64,000 nt of DNA, from the NCBI GenBank assembly GCA_963667565.1, contig OY763415.1, positions 1,686,089 to 1,750,088 of the forward strand, written 5' to 3'. Below the pieces are notes generated by a model, which ran no database searches, had not been told where the DNA came from, and worked only from the letters and a program-made list of their open reading frames with translations. Below are positions 30,153 to 40,005 of this stretch, in pieces. Source of the DNA: Acholeplasmataceae bacterium (GTDB lineage Bacteria; Bacillota_I; Bacilli_A; Acholeplasmatales; Acholeplasmataceae). The number at the start of each line of letters is the position of its first letter. The stretch's first letter is position 1. A program made the translations under genes and the position numbers.

Positions 30153-31557
30153 AATGTTTAATTCATTTGAGGTAAGATATCACACATTTGAAAAAGTATC
30201 ATATGATAAATACTTGATAGCATCTGTTGTAAAAAACAGTGAGTCGAAAAATGAAGCATTACAATTTATTGATGATCTTACGGGGAAAGGTAGTTTAAAT
30301 AATCATTTCAAAAAAATATATGAAGAGATAACATATTTACCCGAAGAAGAATTAATGAAAGTTTTAAAATACTCAGAATATCCAGTACAAAGAATAGATA
30401 AATATAAATACATATATATTCCGTTATTAGATGTTTCTATTTTTAACCACAAAGTTATTCAAGGAAATATTGCAAATGATGAGATGTTTACTAGATTGTT
30501 AGTTAATAAAAATGGTACTTATATTGAATCAATATACCATCAATCAGACCCAGTCACAAATAAGGATATATATGAGGTTTTACTAGAAGAAGAATATATC
30601 AAAATATTAATTGAAGATGTTTATTGTGAAATAAACGATAATGATTTTCAAAGAATTGTATATAAAGAAAGTATGGACTTAAGTCTATATAATGGTGAAA
30701 CTTATACAAATCTTAAAAACAGCGGGTGGTTTCAATTAACAAATTCAACGTTAAATAATATCTTAAACGCACAAGATTATTATTATGAAAATGGAAATCA
30801 TTTTGGTATATATAATAATTATGTGAGAGAGTCTAAAATCGGATATAGTTGGGGACTTTACTGGATCAATGAAAGCACATTTTACTATGATAGCCCTAAA
30901 AATAATGAGATTTGTGAAAAAGTAGCTCATGTATTGTTAGAATCTGGTAGAATTAATGAGTTTAAGACCAAATCAATGATTAATATCATTAATAACACAA
31001 ATAGAGATTTACAACAAAGACTAATTAATTATATCCTTCAAAGAAAAAACTCTAAAGAACTAGCACTAATAGCGTTTATTTTAATTGATAAAGGATATGA
31101 GAAAGGCTGGGATTTAGAAGTTACTAACACGTTGTACCGATTTAAAGAAAGTGATAAACATTTAGTTGCTTTATACAAAGTTAATGCTTATATGAATTAC
31201 ACTATTGAAGAGATATTAAAAATTTATAAGTATAACAAAAAAATCCTAAACGATACCGATTTGAAGAAAGTTCATGAATATGAGAACAGTATACTTCAAA
31301 TACGAGACAGTATTAAAATCAAAATTGGCGATATTATGTCTTCCACCACAAGAGAAGATATTAAAAGTATGAAATTAAATGAAAATAATATTAAATTAAA
31401 AAAAATGATTAACGAAAAAATTGCACATAACAAAAAAGATATCCAAAAGATGGATTTGGAACAATTAAAGCAATATGCTGAAACAGTGGATCAAATGCAT
31501 AAATTATATCTTAAAGTAAATCATGAATTACAAAATTCAAAAGAGAATGAAAATTAA
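30121..31557 (+). CDS. Hypothetical protein coupled to the helicase gene
   Basis: 478-aa ORF overlapping the helicase 3' end; SD aggggg; coiled-coil-like C-terminus. Confidence 0.75.
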   Translation: MKVTVNLNLPKMFNSFEVRYHTFEKVSYDKYLIASVVKNSESKNEALQFIDDLTGKGSLNNHFKKIYEEITYLPEEELMKVLKYSEYPVQRIDKYKYIYIPLLDVSIFNHKVIQGNIANDEMFTRLLVNKNGTYIESIYHQSDPVTNKDIYEVLLEEEYIKILIEDVYCEINDNDFQRIVYKESMDLSLYNGETYTNLKNSGWFQLTNSTLNNILNAQDYYYENGNHFGIYNNYVRESKIGYSWGLYWINESTFYYDSPKNNEICEKVAHVLLESGRINEFKTKSMINIINNTNRDLQQRLINYILQRKNSKELALIAFILIDKGYEKGWDLEVTNTLYRFKESDKHLVALYKVNAYMNYTIEEILKIYKYNKKILNDTDLKKVHEYENSILQIRDSIKIKIGDIMSSTTREDIKSMKLNENNIKLKKMINEKIAHNKKDIQKMDLEQLKQYAETVDQMHKLYLKVNHELQNSKENEN

Positions 31558-31654
31558 TTGACTTTTTACCTTCTTTCATATAAAGTATGTAAGGTGCTAT
31601 TAATATAATATTAATAAATGGTATTAAATACATATAAAAAGAAGGTATATTTTC

Positions 31655-33274
31655 ATGATTGCAGTATCAAACTTAAGTTTAGTCTTTTCAGATAAAAAAT
31701 TATTTGAAGATGTCAATTTAAAATTTACTCAAGGTAATTGCTATGGCGTTATTGGTGCCAATGGTGCTGGTAAATCCACATTTCTAAAACTTTTATCTGG
31801 AGAAAGAGAACCATCAAGCGGTAATGTCATTATTGATAAAGGAAAAAGACTTGCAGTCTTAAACCAAAATCAAAATGCTTTTGATGATTTTACAGTTCTT
31901 CAAACAGTGATGATGGGACATAAAGAACTCTTTGAAATCTCTCAAAAGAAAGAAGTCTTATATGCTAAAGAAGACTTTAATGATGAAGATGGATTAGAAC
32001 TTGCAGAACTTGAAGGTAGATTTGCAGAACTTGATGGATGGAATGCAGAATCAGATGCTGAAAAACTTTTAAATGGGTTAAAAGTACCCCAAAAAGATTT
32101 TCATAAACTGATGGGTGATGTTTTACCTAAAAATAAAGTCAAAGCACTTCTTGCTCAAGCGTTATTTGGTAATCCTGATATTCTGCTTTTAGATGAACCA
32201 ACCAATAATTTAGATTTTGAAGCCATTGGATGGCTTGAAAACTTTTTAATGGATTATGAGAATACTGTCATCACAGTATCTCATGATCGTCATTTCTTAA
32301 ATAAAGTATGTACACACATGGTTGATATTGATTACTTCCAAGCAAAACTATACACAGGAAACTACGATTTTTGGAGAGAGTCCTCTGAACTTGTTCAAAA
32401 GCTTATGGCTGATAAAAACAAGAAGAAAGAAGAACGCATTGAAGAATTAAAAGCCTTTATCGCAAGATTTTCGGCAAATCTTTCAAAATCATCTCAAGCA
32501 ACCTCTAGAAAAAAAGCATTGGAAAAAATCGAATTAGACGAAATCATCCCATCATCAAGAAAATATCCATATATTGGATTTGAAATTGATAAGTCTTTAG
32601 GTAGAGATGTCTTAGAAGTAGAAGACCTATCTTATACACAAGATGGTAAGAAATTATTTGAACATGTCTCATTTATCATTCATAATGGCGATAAGGTTGC
32701 TTTAATGGGTGAAAATGACTTAGCAAAAACAGCATTACTAAAAATCCTAGCAGGTGAACTAAAACCAGATACTGGTAAAATCACATGGGGTCAAACAGCA
32801 ACCTATGCTTATCTTCCAAATGAAAATGAAAAATACTTTGATAAAAAGAATTTAAATCTTGTTGATTGGCTTCGCCAATTTTCAACAGATCCTGCAGAAG
32901 CATATGTACGCACCTTTTTAGGGCGTATGCTCTTCTCTGGAGATTCAGCTTTAAAAGAAGTCAAAGTCTTATCAGGTGGAGAAAAAATGCGTTTGATGTA
33001 CTCTAAGATGATGATGGCTAAAGCCAACACCCTCTTAGTGGATTCACCTACCATCCATTTAGATCTTGAATCCATTCAAGCAGTTAACAAAGGATTAGAA
33101 GAATTTAAAGGCTCATGTATCGTCGCATCTCATGATCATGACTTATTAGAGACAGTATGTAATAAAGTCATTGAAATCGGCGATTTAGGGGCTTATAGCT
33201 ATGAAGGCGACTTTGATGAATTCATTACTAATCAAGATATCAAATCAAAAATTGAAGCTTTATATAAAGCATAA
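31655..33274 (+). CDS. ABC-F ATPase (YbiT/YkpA subfamily)
   Basis: Tandem ABC domains: GANGAGKST, LLDEPTN, LSGGEK; second site degenerate; no TM segments. Confidence 0.9.
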   Translation: MIAVSNLSLVFSDKKLFEDVNLKFTQGNCYGVIGANGAGKSTFLKLLSGEREPSSGNVIIDKGKRLAVLNQNQNAFDDFTVLQTVMMGHKELFEISQKKEVLYAKEDFNDEDGLELAELEGRFAELDGWNAESDAEKLLNGLKVPQKDFHKLMGDVLPKNKVKALLAQALFGNPDILLLDEPTNNLDFEAIGWLENFLMDYENTVITVSHDRHFLNKVCTHMVDIDYFQAKLYTGNYDFWRESSELVQKLMADKNKKKEERIEELKAFIARFSANLSKSSQATSRKKALEKIELDEIIPSSRKYPYIGFEIDKSLGRDVLEVEDLSYTQDGKKLFEHVSFIIHNGDKVALMGENDLAKTALLKILAGELKPDTGKITWGQTATYAYLPNENEKYFDKKNLNLVDWLRQFSTDPAEAYVRTFLGRMLFSGDSALKEVKVLSGGEKMRLMYSKMMMAKANTLLVDSPTIHLDLESIQAVNKGLEEFKGSCIVASHDHDLLETVCNKVIEIGDLGAYSYEGDFDEFITNQDIKSKIEALYKA

Positions 33275-33291
33275 TACATAAGTATTAATAT

Positions 33292-33327
33292 AAGATGTTC
33301 ATATCCTCGTATATGAACATCTTTTTT
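33292..33327. terminator. Bidirectional terminator between the ABC-F and resolvase genes
   Basis: 13-bp perfect stem aagatgttcatat/atatgaacatctt. Confidence 0.8.
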
Positions 33328-33928
33328 ATAGAGTGAAAGAATCCGCGTTTTTATACTTATAAAATGTGCTTTTACACATTTTAAGTTTCTTTAAAGCTAA
33401 GGATAAAGATAACTCGTTGTGATCATATTTATCCAAAATCTGATTAAAATTTTCAGGCAAGATATACTTGGGTCTTCCAAGATGCTTGCCTTTTTCTTTT
33501 GCAATTCTAATACCCTCTGCTTGTCTTTGCTTTATATTTTGTCTTTCATTTTCAGCAACAAAACTTAAAACTTGTAAAACAATATCACTAATAAACCTTC
33601 CAACTAAATTTTCTGGTTGAACGCGTGTATCTAAAAGGGGCATATCAAGAACTAAAATATCAGCATTGATATGTTTAGTGATATGCCCCCATTCTTCAAT
33701 AATCATTTCGTAATTACGACCTAACCTGTCAATACTTTTAATAATTAGTAAGTCTTTAGATTTTAGTTTTGATATTAACTTTTGATAGTTTTCTCTATTA
33801 AAATCTTTTCCACTTTGTTTGTCAATATAAATATTTTTTCTTTTAATGTCAAGTTTTTCAATTTCATCTAGTTGACGATCAATAGATTGAGTCACACTTG
33901 ATACTCTAATATACGCATATGTTGTCAT
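33326..33928 (-). CDS. Serine recombinase (resolvase/invertase)
   Basis: YAYIRVSS, DKQSGK, SIDRLGR, C-terminal HTH. Confidence 0.93.
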   Translation of the reverse strand: MTTYAYIRVSSVTQSIDRQLDEIEKLDIKRKNIYIDKQSGKDFNRENYQKLISKLKSKDLLIIKSIDRLGRNYEMIIEEWGHITKHINADILVLDMPLLDTRVQPENLVGRFISDIVLQVLSFVAENERQNIKQRQAEGIRIAKEKGKHLGRPKYILPENFNQILDKYDHNELSLSLALKKLKMCKSTFYKYKNADSFTL

Positions 33929-34021
33929 ATGTTCCTCCTGCGATAGATGTATTCAAATGTGATTTTATCATATAGTTCAGAAAAGTAGAGAATATATATA
34001 TAGATATATAAATAAAAAAAT

Positions 34022-34180
34022 ACTTCAAGTTCCATAAAGGTACACTTTTAAGGAATATCGGTTTTTAAAGATAAAGACTATATTTTAGTTAAATTGTTGA
34101 TATTTATTGATCAAATCTCTTAAAAATGATACGATCTATATATAAAACTTCAAGTTGATAAAGGTGTACCTTTAAGGAAT
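34022..34180. repeat. Two related palindromic ~35-bp sites (34022-34056 and 34147-34180), probable res subsites
   Basis: acttcaagttccataaaggtacacttttaaggaat vs acttcaagttgataaaggtgtacctttaaggaat. Confidence 0.65.
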
Positions 34181-34205
34181 GTTTTTATTAACAGAAAGAG
34201 GCAAC

Positions 34206-35039
34206 ATGCTTACACCGGTTATAAAATGGGTTGGAGGGAAAAGACAATTACTTGATGAGATCAAAAAACGCATGCCTAAACAGTACAATAGATATTTTGA
34301 ACCATTTGTTGGTGGCGGAGCATTGTTTTTAGAACTTTCCCCAAAAGAAGCGCATATTAACGATATTAATCATGATTTATATGCAATTTATAAATCTTTA
34401 CAGGATGAAGAACTATTCAAAGATCTATTATTAAGATTAGATCGGCACCAAAAAAATCATTCAGAAGAATATTATTATAAAGTTAGAGAACAAGATAGAA
34501 AAGAAAAATATGAACATACATCATTAAGTGAAAAAGCAGCTAGAGCTATTTACTTAAATAAAGCAGGATATAACGGATTATATCGTGTGAATCAAAGAGG
34601 ATACTTTAATGTGCCATCAGGTCATTACACAAAAGTGAATCTATATGATGAAATAAATATAAACAGTGTTCATGAATACATGAAGCAAAATAAAATATTG
34701 ATCACAAATAACTCTTATGAAAAAACGGTTGAAAATGCACAACAAGAAGATTTCATATATTTTGATCCACCATATGATAAATTGGAAAATAAAGCTTCAT
34801 TTACAGCATATTCAAAAAATGATTTTAATAGAGATGATCAAATAAAATTATTTAATACATTTAAAGAATTGTCTGATAAAGGCATTTATGTAATGTTAAG
34901 CAATCATAACACGGAATTTATTAGAGACTTATACAAAGATTTTAATATTCATGTTGTGTCAGCAACCCGCATGGTGAACTCTAATGCCCAAAAAAGAGGC
35001 CCTATTGAAGAAGTGATTATTACTAATTATGAGAACTAA
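34206..35039 (+). CDS. dpnM: Dam/DpnM-type GATC adenine methyltransferase
   Basis: KWVGGK, EPFVGGG, NGLYRVN, FDPPY. Confidence 0.9.
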   Translation: MLTPVIKWVGGKRQLLDEIKKRMPKQYNRYFEPFVGGGALFLELSPKEAHINDINHDLYAIYKSLQDEELFKDLLLRLDRHQKNHSEEYYYKVREQDRKEKYEHTSLSEKAARAIYLNKAGYNGLYRVNQRGYFNVPSGHYTKVNLYDEININSVHEYMKQNKILITNNSYEKTVENAQQEDFIYFDPPYDKLENKASFTAYSKNDFNRDDQIKLFNTFKELSDKGIYVMLSNHNTEFIRDLYKDFNIHVVSATRMVNSNAQKRGPIEEVIITNYEN

Positions 35040-35799
35040 ATACTATCAAGATTTAGATTTTACATTGTTATTAGGTGATGTGAATGAAACTCTAAAATCT
35101 ATTAGAAAACAAAGTATTGATATGATCTTTGCTGATCCCCCATATTTTTTATCTAATGATGGTATTACATGTCAATCTGGACAAATGGTATCTGTTAATA
35201 AGGCTTCTTGGGATCAAACAAATATGACAATTCAGGATAAACTTAAATTTAATAGAAAATGGATTAAAAGTTGTAAACGTGTATTAAAAGACACAGGTAC
35301 GATATTTATATCAGGAACACTTCATAATATCTATATTGTTGGTGTCGCATTAGAACTTGAAGGATTTCAAATCATTAACAATATTACATGGCAAAAGAAA
35401 AATCCTCCACCCCATCTTGCAAGAAAAGCTTTTACACACTCAACAGAAACCATTTTATGGGCTAGAAAGAAAAGTCAAAAATACTATTTTAATTATGATT
35501 TAATGAAATCAATGAACGAAAATAAACAAATGAAAGATGTATGGCAATATGCTATTACTAAGCAAAGCGAGAAGATATGTGGAAAGCACCCAACACAAAA
35601 ACCATTAGATTTGTTAAAAAGAATAGTGCTTGCTTCAACAAAAGAAAATGATTTGGTATTAGACCCATTTAATGGTAGCGGAACGACTGGTATTGCATCA
35701 ACTCTATTAAATAGGAAATATATAGGTATAGATATTGAACAAAAATATTTAGATGTGTCAATTTGTAGATATAAAGGGATAAAGGGGGAACAAAAATGA
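35029..35799 (+). CDS. dpnA: DpnA-type beta-class adenine methyltransferase
   Basis: FADPPYFLSNDG, HPTQKP, LDPFNGSGTT. Confidence 0.9.
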   Translation: MRTKYYQDLDFTLLLGDVNETLKSIRKQSIDMIFADPPYFLSNDGITCQSGQMVSVNKASWDQTNMTIQDKLKFNRKWIKSCKRVLKDTGTIFISGTLHNIYIVGVALELEGFQIINNITWQKKNPPPHLARKAFTHSTETILWARKKSQKYYFNYDLMKSMNENKQMKDVWQYAITKQSEKICGKHPTQKPLDLLKRIVLASTKENDLVLDPFNGSGTTGIASTLLNRKYIGIDIEQKYLDVSICRYKGIKGEQK

Positions 35800-36647
35800 T
35801 TAAAAGATCTTTTGAAGAAATGTTAAGCACACTAAAATCAAGCATTACACCTTATGATTTTTTTGTTGATTTTAATAAAGTATTTAAGAATGTTAAAGAA
35901 TTAGAGATATTATTAAATAGTATGAATTATTTGTTAGGTAAAGAAGATTTTGATCAAGCTTTCAAAGATCTATTTGAACAAAATTCAAATATTTATAAAG
36001 CAATTCCTATTCTATTAGCAACAAGAGAAAACAAAATTGAAATCTTAGAAGATAAATTAGTCATTTATGATTTTATGCATGCTCAATCTGTTGATGATTA
36101 TTTAATGTTCATTAAAAATACTAATCTCATAAAATTATTTACTAAAGATGGTGTAAAAAATTTAGTGGATTATGTTATAGGCGTTGAAGTAGGGCTTGAT
36201 ACGAATTCAAGAAAAAACAGAACAGGAACACTGATGGAAAATAAGGTGGAGAAGTTTATAAAAGATTCTGTAGTGTTCAAAGATTATATAACACAAGCAA
36301 GAATCATTGATATTAAAAACAATTTAGGCATCGATCTATCATATTTATTAGATGTTGATCAAAATAAAAGATTTGATTTTGCAGTTAAATCACAAGATAA
36401 ATTGTTTTTAATAGAAACGAATTACTATCGAACAAGTGGATCAAAACTAAATGAAACCGCAAGAAGCTATACTAAATTATCTGAAGATATTAGTAAAATA
36501 GATGATGTATATTTTATTTGGATAACAGATGGGCAGGGGTGGCTATCAACAAAAAATAATTTTGAAGAAGCATATGATCATATTGATTACCTATTTAATT
36601 TATATGATTTAGAACAAGGCATTTTGAAGGAATTATTTTTTAAGTAG
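35796..36647 (+). CDS. dpnB: DpnII-type restriction endonuclease
   Basis: GVEVGLDTNSRKNRTG, KRFDF, IETNYY..SGSKLNETARSY, WITDG. Confidence 0.9.
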   Translation: MIKRSFEEMLSTLKSSITPYDFFVDFNKVFKNVKELEILLNSMNYLLGKEDFDQAFKDLFEQNSNIYKAIPILLATRENKIEILEDKLVIYDFMHAQSVDDYLMFIKNTNLIKLFTKDGVKNLVDYVIGVEVGLDTNSRKNRTGTLMENKVEKFIKDSVVFKDYITQARIIDIKNNLGIDLSYLLDVDQNKRFDFAVKSQDKLFLIETNYYRTSGSKLNETARSYTKLSEDISKIDDVYFIWITDGQGWLSTKNNFEEAYDHIDYLFNLYDLEQGILKELFFK

Positions 36648-36693
36648 AAAAAAGAAGTTCTCATATGTATAATATATATGAGGATGATCAAAG

Positions 36694-36951
36694 ATGAATA
36701 AATTTAATTTGGCACAATATACCAAAAAAGTTATGAAAGAATTAGAAGTAGAAAATTTATATCCCACACAACTCAATATTTGTTATAAAGTTATTGAATA
36801 TTATGAAAACAATTATGGACAAGTGACAGAAAACAAAGATGAATTCATTAATTATATAGTTAATAAAATATATGAGATTTATATTGATCAAGATGAATCA
36901 GAGAGTCTTGACCTACTCATAGAAAGTATAATTAAGGAAGAAATAATTTAG
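36694..36951 (+). CDS. Small acidic hypothetical protein
   Basis: SD gagg; followed by a terminator-like inverted repeat. Confidence 0.55.
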   Translation: MNKFNLAQYTKKVMKELEVENLYPTQLNICYKVIEYYENNYGQVTENKDEFINYIVNKIYEIYIDQDESESLDLLIESIIKEEII

Positions 36952-36965
36952 TAATTAGATTAAAA

Positions 36966-37010
36966 TAAAAAGCAAAAATTATGATTTATATGATAATTTT
37001 TGCTTTTTTA
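36966..37010 (+). terminator. Terminator
   Basis: aaaaagcaaaaattat/ataatttttgcttttt inverted repeat. Confidence 0.65.
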
Positions 37011-37115
37011 TTTCTAAAATGAATAAATATTTGACAGTAGATCCAAAAAATGATCTAATTAAAATAAAGGACAACAATGCTGGGGCAATAGAGATATTGA
37101 AAGGGAATGAATTAG

Positions 37116-39011
37116 ATGAATAATTATTGGGAACTCAATGAAGTTGATGTTAATTTATTGGTAAATGACATTAAAAAGAAAAAGGTAACTATACCTTCTT
37201 TTCAAAGGGGCGTCGTTTGGAATGATAAAAAAAGAGAATTGCTGATTGAATCCATGAAGAATGGTTATCCTTTTGGATCGCTTTTAATTTATGAAGATGA
37301 AGATGGTAAGAAACAATTAATAGATGGGCTTCAAAGAAGTATGACAATGTATGGATTCTTAACAAATCCCGCATTTTATTTCAATGAAAATGATATTGAC
37401 CCGAATGTAATTAGTAAAATTATTGAATTAGCAGGATATCCAGGATCAAAAGAAGAAATTAAGAAAAAATTATATTTAATTATTCAAAATGAAATTAAAA
37501 TGAAATATCAAACAATGTCAGAACTTCAAAATTTGCAAATCTATAGTTTTGCTTCAGCAATTAGTAAAGAGCATCCTATTTTAAAAGGTAAAGAAGAAAC
37601 TATTATGAAATTAATAGAGCCATTTTTGCTAAATTTTAAAGAAAAATGCGGAAAGCTGTCATTTACTAAAATACCAGCAATTATATTTCATGGAGATGCG
37701 CAAGCATTACCAATCATTTTTGAGCGAATTAATAAAGAGGGAGTTAAGCTTAATAAATATCAAATATATGCTGCATCTTGGACAAATAGCATTAGATTCA
37801 AAATAGATAATGTCAAACTAAAGAAAATATTAAATTATGTAGCAGAAAGATACGATGCTTTAGGAAAATTAGAAGGGCTTAATAGTATTATTTATGTTGA
37901 TGACTATAATTCATCTGATTTTAAAAACAAAGGAGAAGTCAACACTTTTGAATTAGGATACGGTTTTGGGAAATTGTTAATTGAAAAGTTTCCAGAATTG
38001 TTTAATAGTTCAAATACAGATAACATGATAGACAGTGTTGGTTTCAATATAATTAATGCTTGTCTTGGACAAAAAAACTCAAAAATGAGTAGATTACATT
38101 TAGAATTAAAAAAATTTGATAATCAAACTATAAATATGTTTTTGGATAAAATTATTGAATGCACTGAACAAGTGAATTCAATTTTAGAACCATTCAGTAA
38201 ATTTAAAGGAAATAAGCGAAGCTCTAAAAAATTCAATATTGCTCATACAGAATTGCAAATAGTATCAATTATTGCTTCTTTAATGTTAATCAAATATGGA
38301 AGAATAGAAAAAAATGAATTTGAAGATTTGTTTGTAATAAACTATAGTTTTGAACAATCTAATACTGAATGGAAAGAAATAAATAAGGACTTCAAGCAAA
38401 ATGTAAGAATCTACTATTTGCTTGATATCATTAATCAAAGATGGAAAGGTACGGGAGATAAAACATTAGACAGCATCATATATAATCCAAAATACTATTG
38501 TAATCATTATCCAAAGGAATCATTAGTTACTGATTTAAAATCATGGTATCAACGAGATAAATTAAACAGAAATGAACGAGATAAAATTAAAGAACCTAAA
38601 GATTTAGAAAAATTGCTTTTAAATGTGGTTTACTTAAATGAATTTAAAGCAATTGATCAACTTGATGAATCTAAATATGATATAGAACATTTGTGCCCTA
38701 AAGAATTAATGAAAAATAAATTAAAACACTATCCTCATTTATCCTTACCTCTTAGTTCCATAGGTAATTTATGTTTGTTACCAGAATATCAAAATAGAGC
38801 AAAAAAAGATAAAACAATTTATGAAGACGCTTCATATAAAAAAACAATTAACGTTAGTGAAGTGGAAAAAAAGTTTGCTTTCACTACAGAAGAAAACATG
38901 AATTTTTTATTTATGGAAATTAATGCAGAAAAATTCAAAGAAGCATATGAAAAATTTATAGATGAGAGATTTGAAATTATAATTGAAAAAATAGCAAGTG
39001 CATTGTATTGA
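37116..39011 (+). CDS. GmrSD-like (DUF262 + DUF1524) modification-dependent restriction protein
   Basis: IPSFQRGVVW, IDGLQR, IFERIN; C-terminal DIEHLCP...SIGNLCLL...N. Confidence 0.85.
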   Translation: MNNYWELNEVDVNLLVNDIKKKKVTIPSFQRGVVWNDKKRELLIESMKNGYPFGSLLIYEDEDGKKQLIDGLQRSMTMYGFLTNPAFYFNENDIDPNVISKIIELAGYPGSKEEIKKKLYLIIQNEIKMKYQTMSELQNLQIYSFASAISKEHPILKGKEETIMKLIEPFLLNFKEKCGKLSFTKIPAIIFHGDAQALPIIFERINKEGVKLNKYQIYAASWTNSIRFKIDNVKLKKILNYVAERYDALGKLEGLNSIIYVDDYNSSDFKNKGEVNTFELGYGFGKLLIEKFPELFNSSNTDNMIDSVGFNIINACLGQKNSKMSRLHLELKKFDNQTINMFLDKIIECTEQVNSILEPFSKFKGNKRSSKKFNIAHTELQIVSIIASLMLIKYGRIEKNEFEDLFVINYSFEQSNTEWKEINKDFKQNVRIYYLLDIINQRWKGTGDKTLDSIIYNPKYYCNHYPKESLVTDLKSWYQRDKLNRNERDKIKEPKDLEKLLLNVVYLNEFKAIDQLDESKYDIEHLCPKELMKNKLKHYPHLSLPLSSIGNLCLLPEYQNRAKKDKTIYEDASYKKTINVSEVEKKFAFTTEENMNFLFMEINAEKFKEAYEKFIDERFEIIIEKIASALY

Positions 39012-39027
39012 AAGAGGAGGTATAAAA

Positions 39028-39813
39028 ATGATTGAAATAATTAAGAATCCTACATACTCTTTTTTCTTTTCACAAATTGAAGCAACTAAAAAAGAGTTAA
39101 TTATAATCACACCGGATATTGATGGAGATATACTAGAACATATACTTGCACGAAAAAATGAAAATGTATTTATTTCTTTGATTACATCACAAAATGTTGC
39201 TAAATATCTATTTAAAAAAACTAATCTTAATATATTAAATACATTGATTGATAGGCATCACAAAATCTACAACTATCAAAATTTAAATGCCAACATATAC
39301 ATATTTGATCAAAAATTAGTATGGATCACGTCAAGTGATTTGACACAAGGTGGATTAGTAACTAATTTTGAATATGGTATATTATCATCAGAAGAAAATA
39401 TTTTAAAAGAAGTTATAGTCGATTACAAATATATTATTGATGATGAGTCTTGTGGAAAAATAAAAAAAGAGCATATTAAATTTATCCAACAACAAATTGA
39501 AACTTTTGATGATACAGGTGTATCAATTGATCAAACAGGCGACTATCGATTATCAATCAAAAACTATCAAAAAACATCCGATATTTTAAAAGGATGGAAC
39601 AAACTAATTTTCGATGCTTTAGAAGAACATATTAAGAAGGATTATTTCAATTTAAATGATGTATATAAACTAGAAATGATATTTGCAATTAATTATCCTG
39701 AAAATTACCACATCAAAGACAAAATAAGACAAGTATTGCAATATTTAAGAGATTATGGATATATAAAATTTATTGATGATCAAGGTAATTATAAAAAATT
39801 ATGGACTAAATAA
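39028..39813 (+). CDS. PLD-like domain fused to a DpnI-type winged helix, with degenerate HKD motif
   Basis: SD aggagg before ATG 39028; LNANIYIFD..ITSSDLT; C-terminal YPENYHIKDKIRQVLQYLRDYG. Confidence 0.75.
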   Translation: MIEIIKNPTYSFFFSQIEATKKELIIITPDIDGDILEHILARKNENVFISLITSQNVAKYLFKKTNLNILNTLIDRHHKIYNYQNLNANIYIFDQKLVWITSSDLTQGGLVTNFEYGILSSEENILKEVIVDYKYIIDDESCGKIKKEHIKFIQQQIETFDDTGVSIDQTGDYRLSIKNYQKTSDILKGWNKLIFDALEEHIKKDYFNLNDVYKLEMIFAINYPENYHIKDKIRQVLQYLRDYGYIKFIDDQGNYKKLWTK

Positions 39814-39878
39814 TTAGTTTTTAATATTTGATTTCTATTGAAAATAATGTATTATATAATTAAGTTAATAATACAACG

Positions 39879-39953
39879 AGAATTAGTAAATTAGGGAATG
39901 TTTGCACTAAATGAGTTGATAATAAAAAGCGACTTTTTATGTGTCGCTTTTTT
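39879..39953 (+). promoter_or_regulatory. Conserved leader/attenuator-like element, copy C
   Basis: GGGAATGttTGCACT, then hairpin aaaaagcgac/gtcgcttttt + T tail. Confidence 0.6.
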
Positions 39954-40005
39954 GTTTAATTAAATTATTCCAACATCATTAATCAAATATTAAAAAGGAG
40001 GATTT

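Noticed and set aside
32700..33060. Degenerate second Walker A/B in the ABC-F protein as a sign of pseudogenisation
   Set aside because: ORF is intact and a divergent second ATPase site is compatible with a functional protein; no frameshift
33990..34012. (AT)n-like tract upstream of the resolvase as a phase-variation repeat
   Set aside because: Short, interrupted, and unremarkable in such AT-rich DNA
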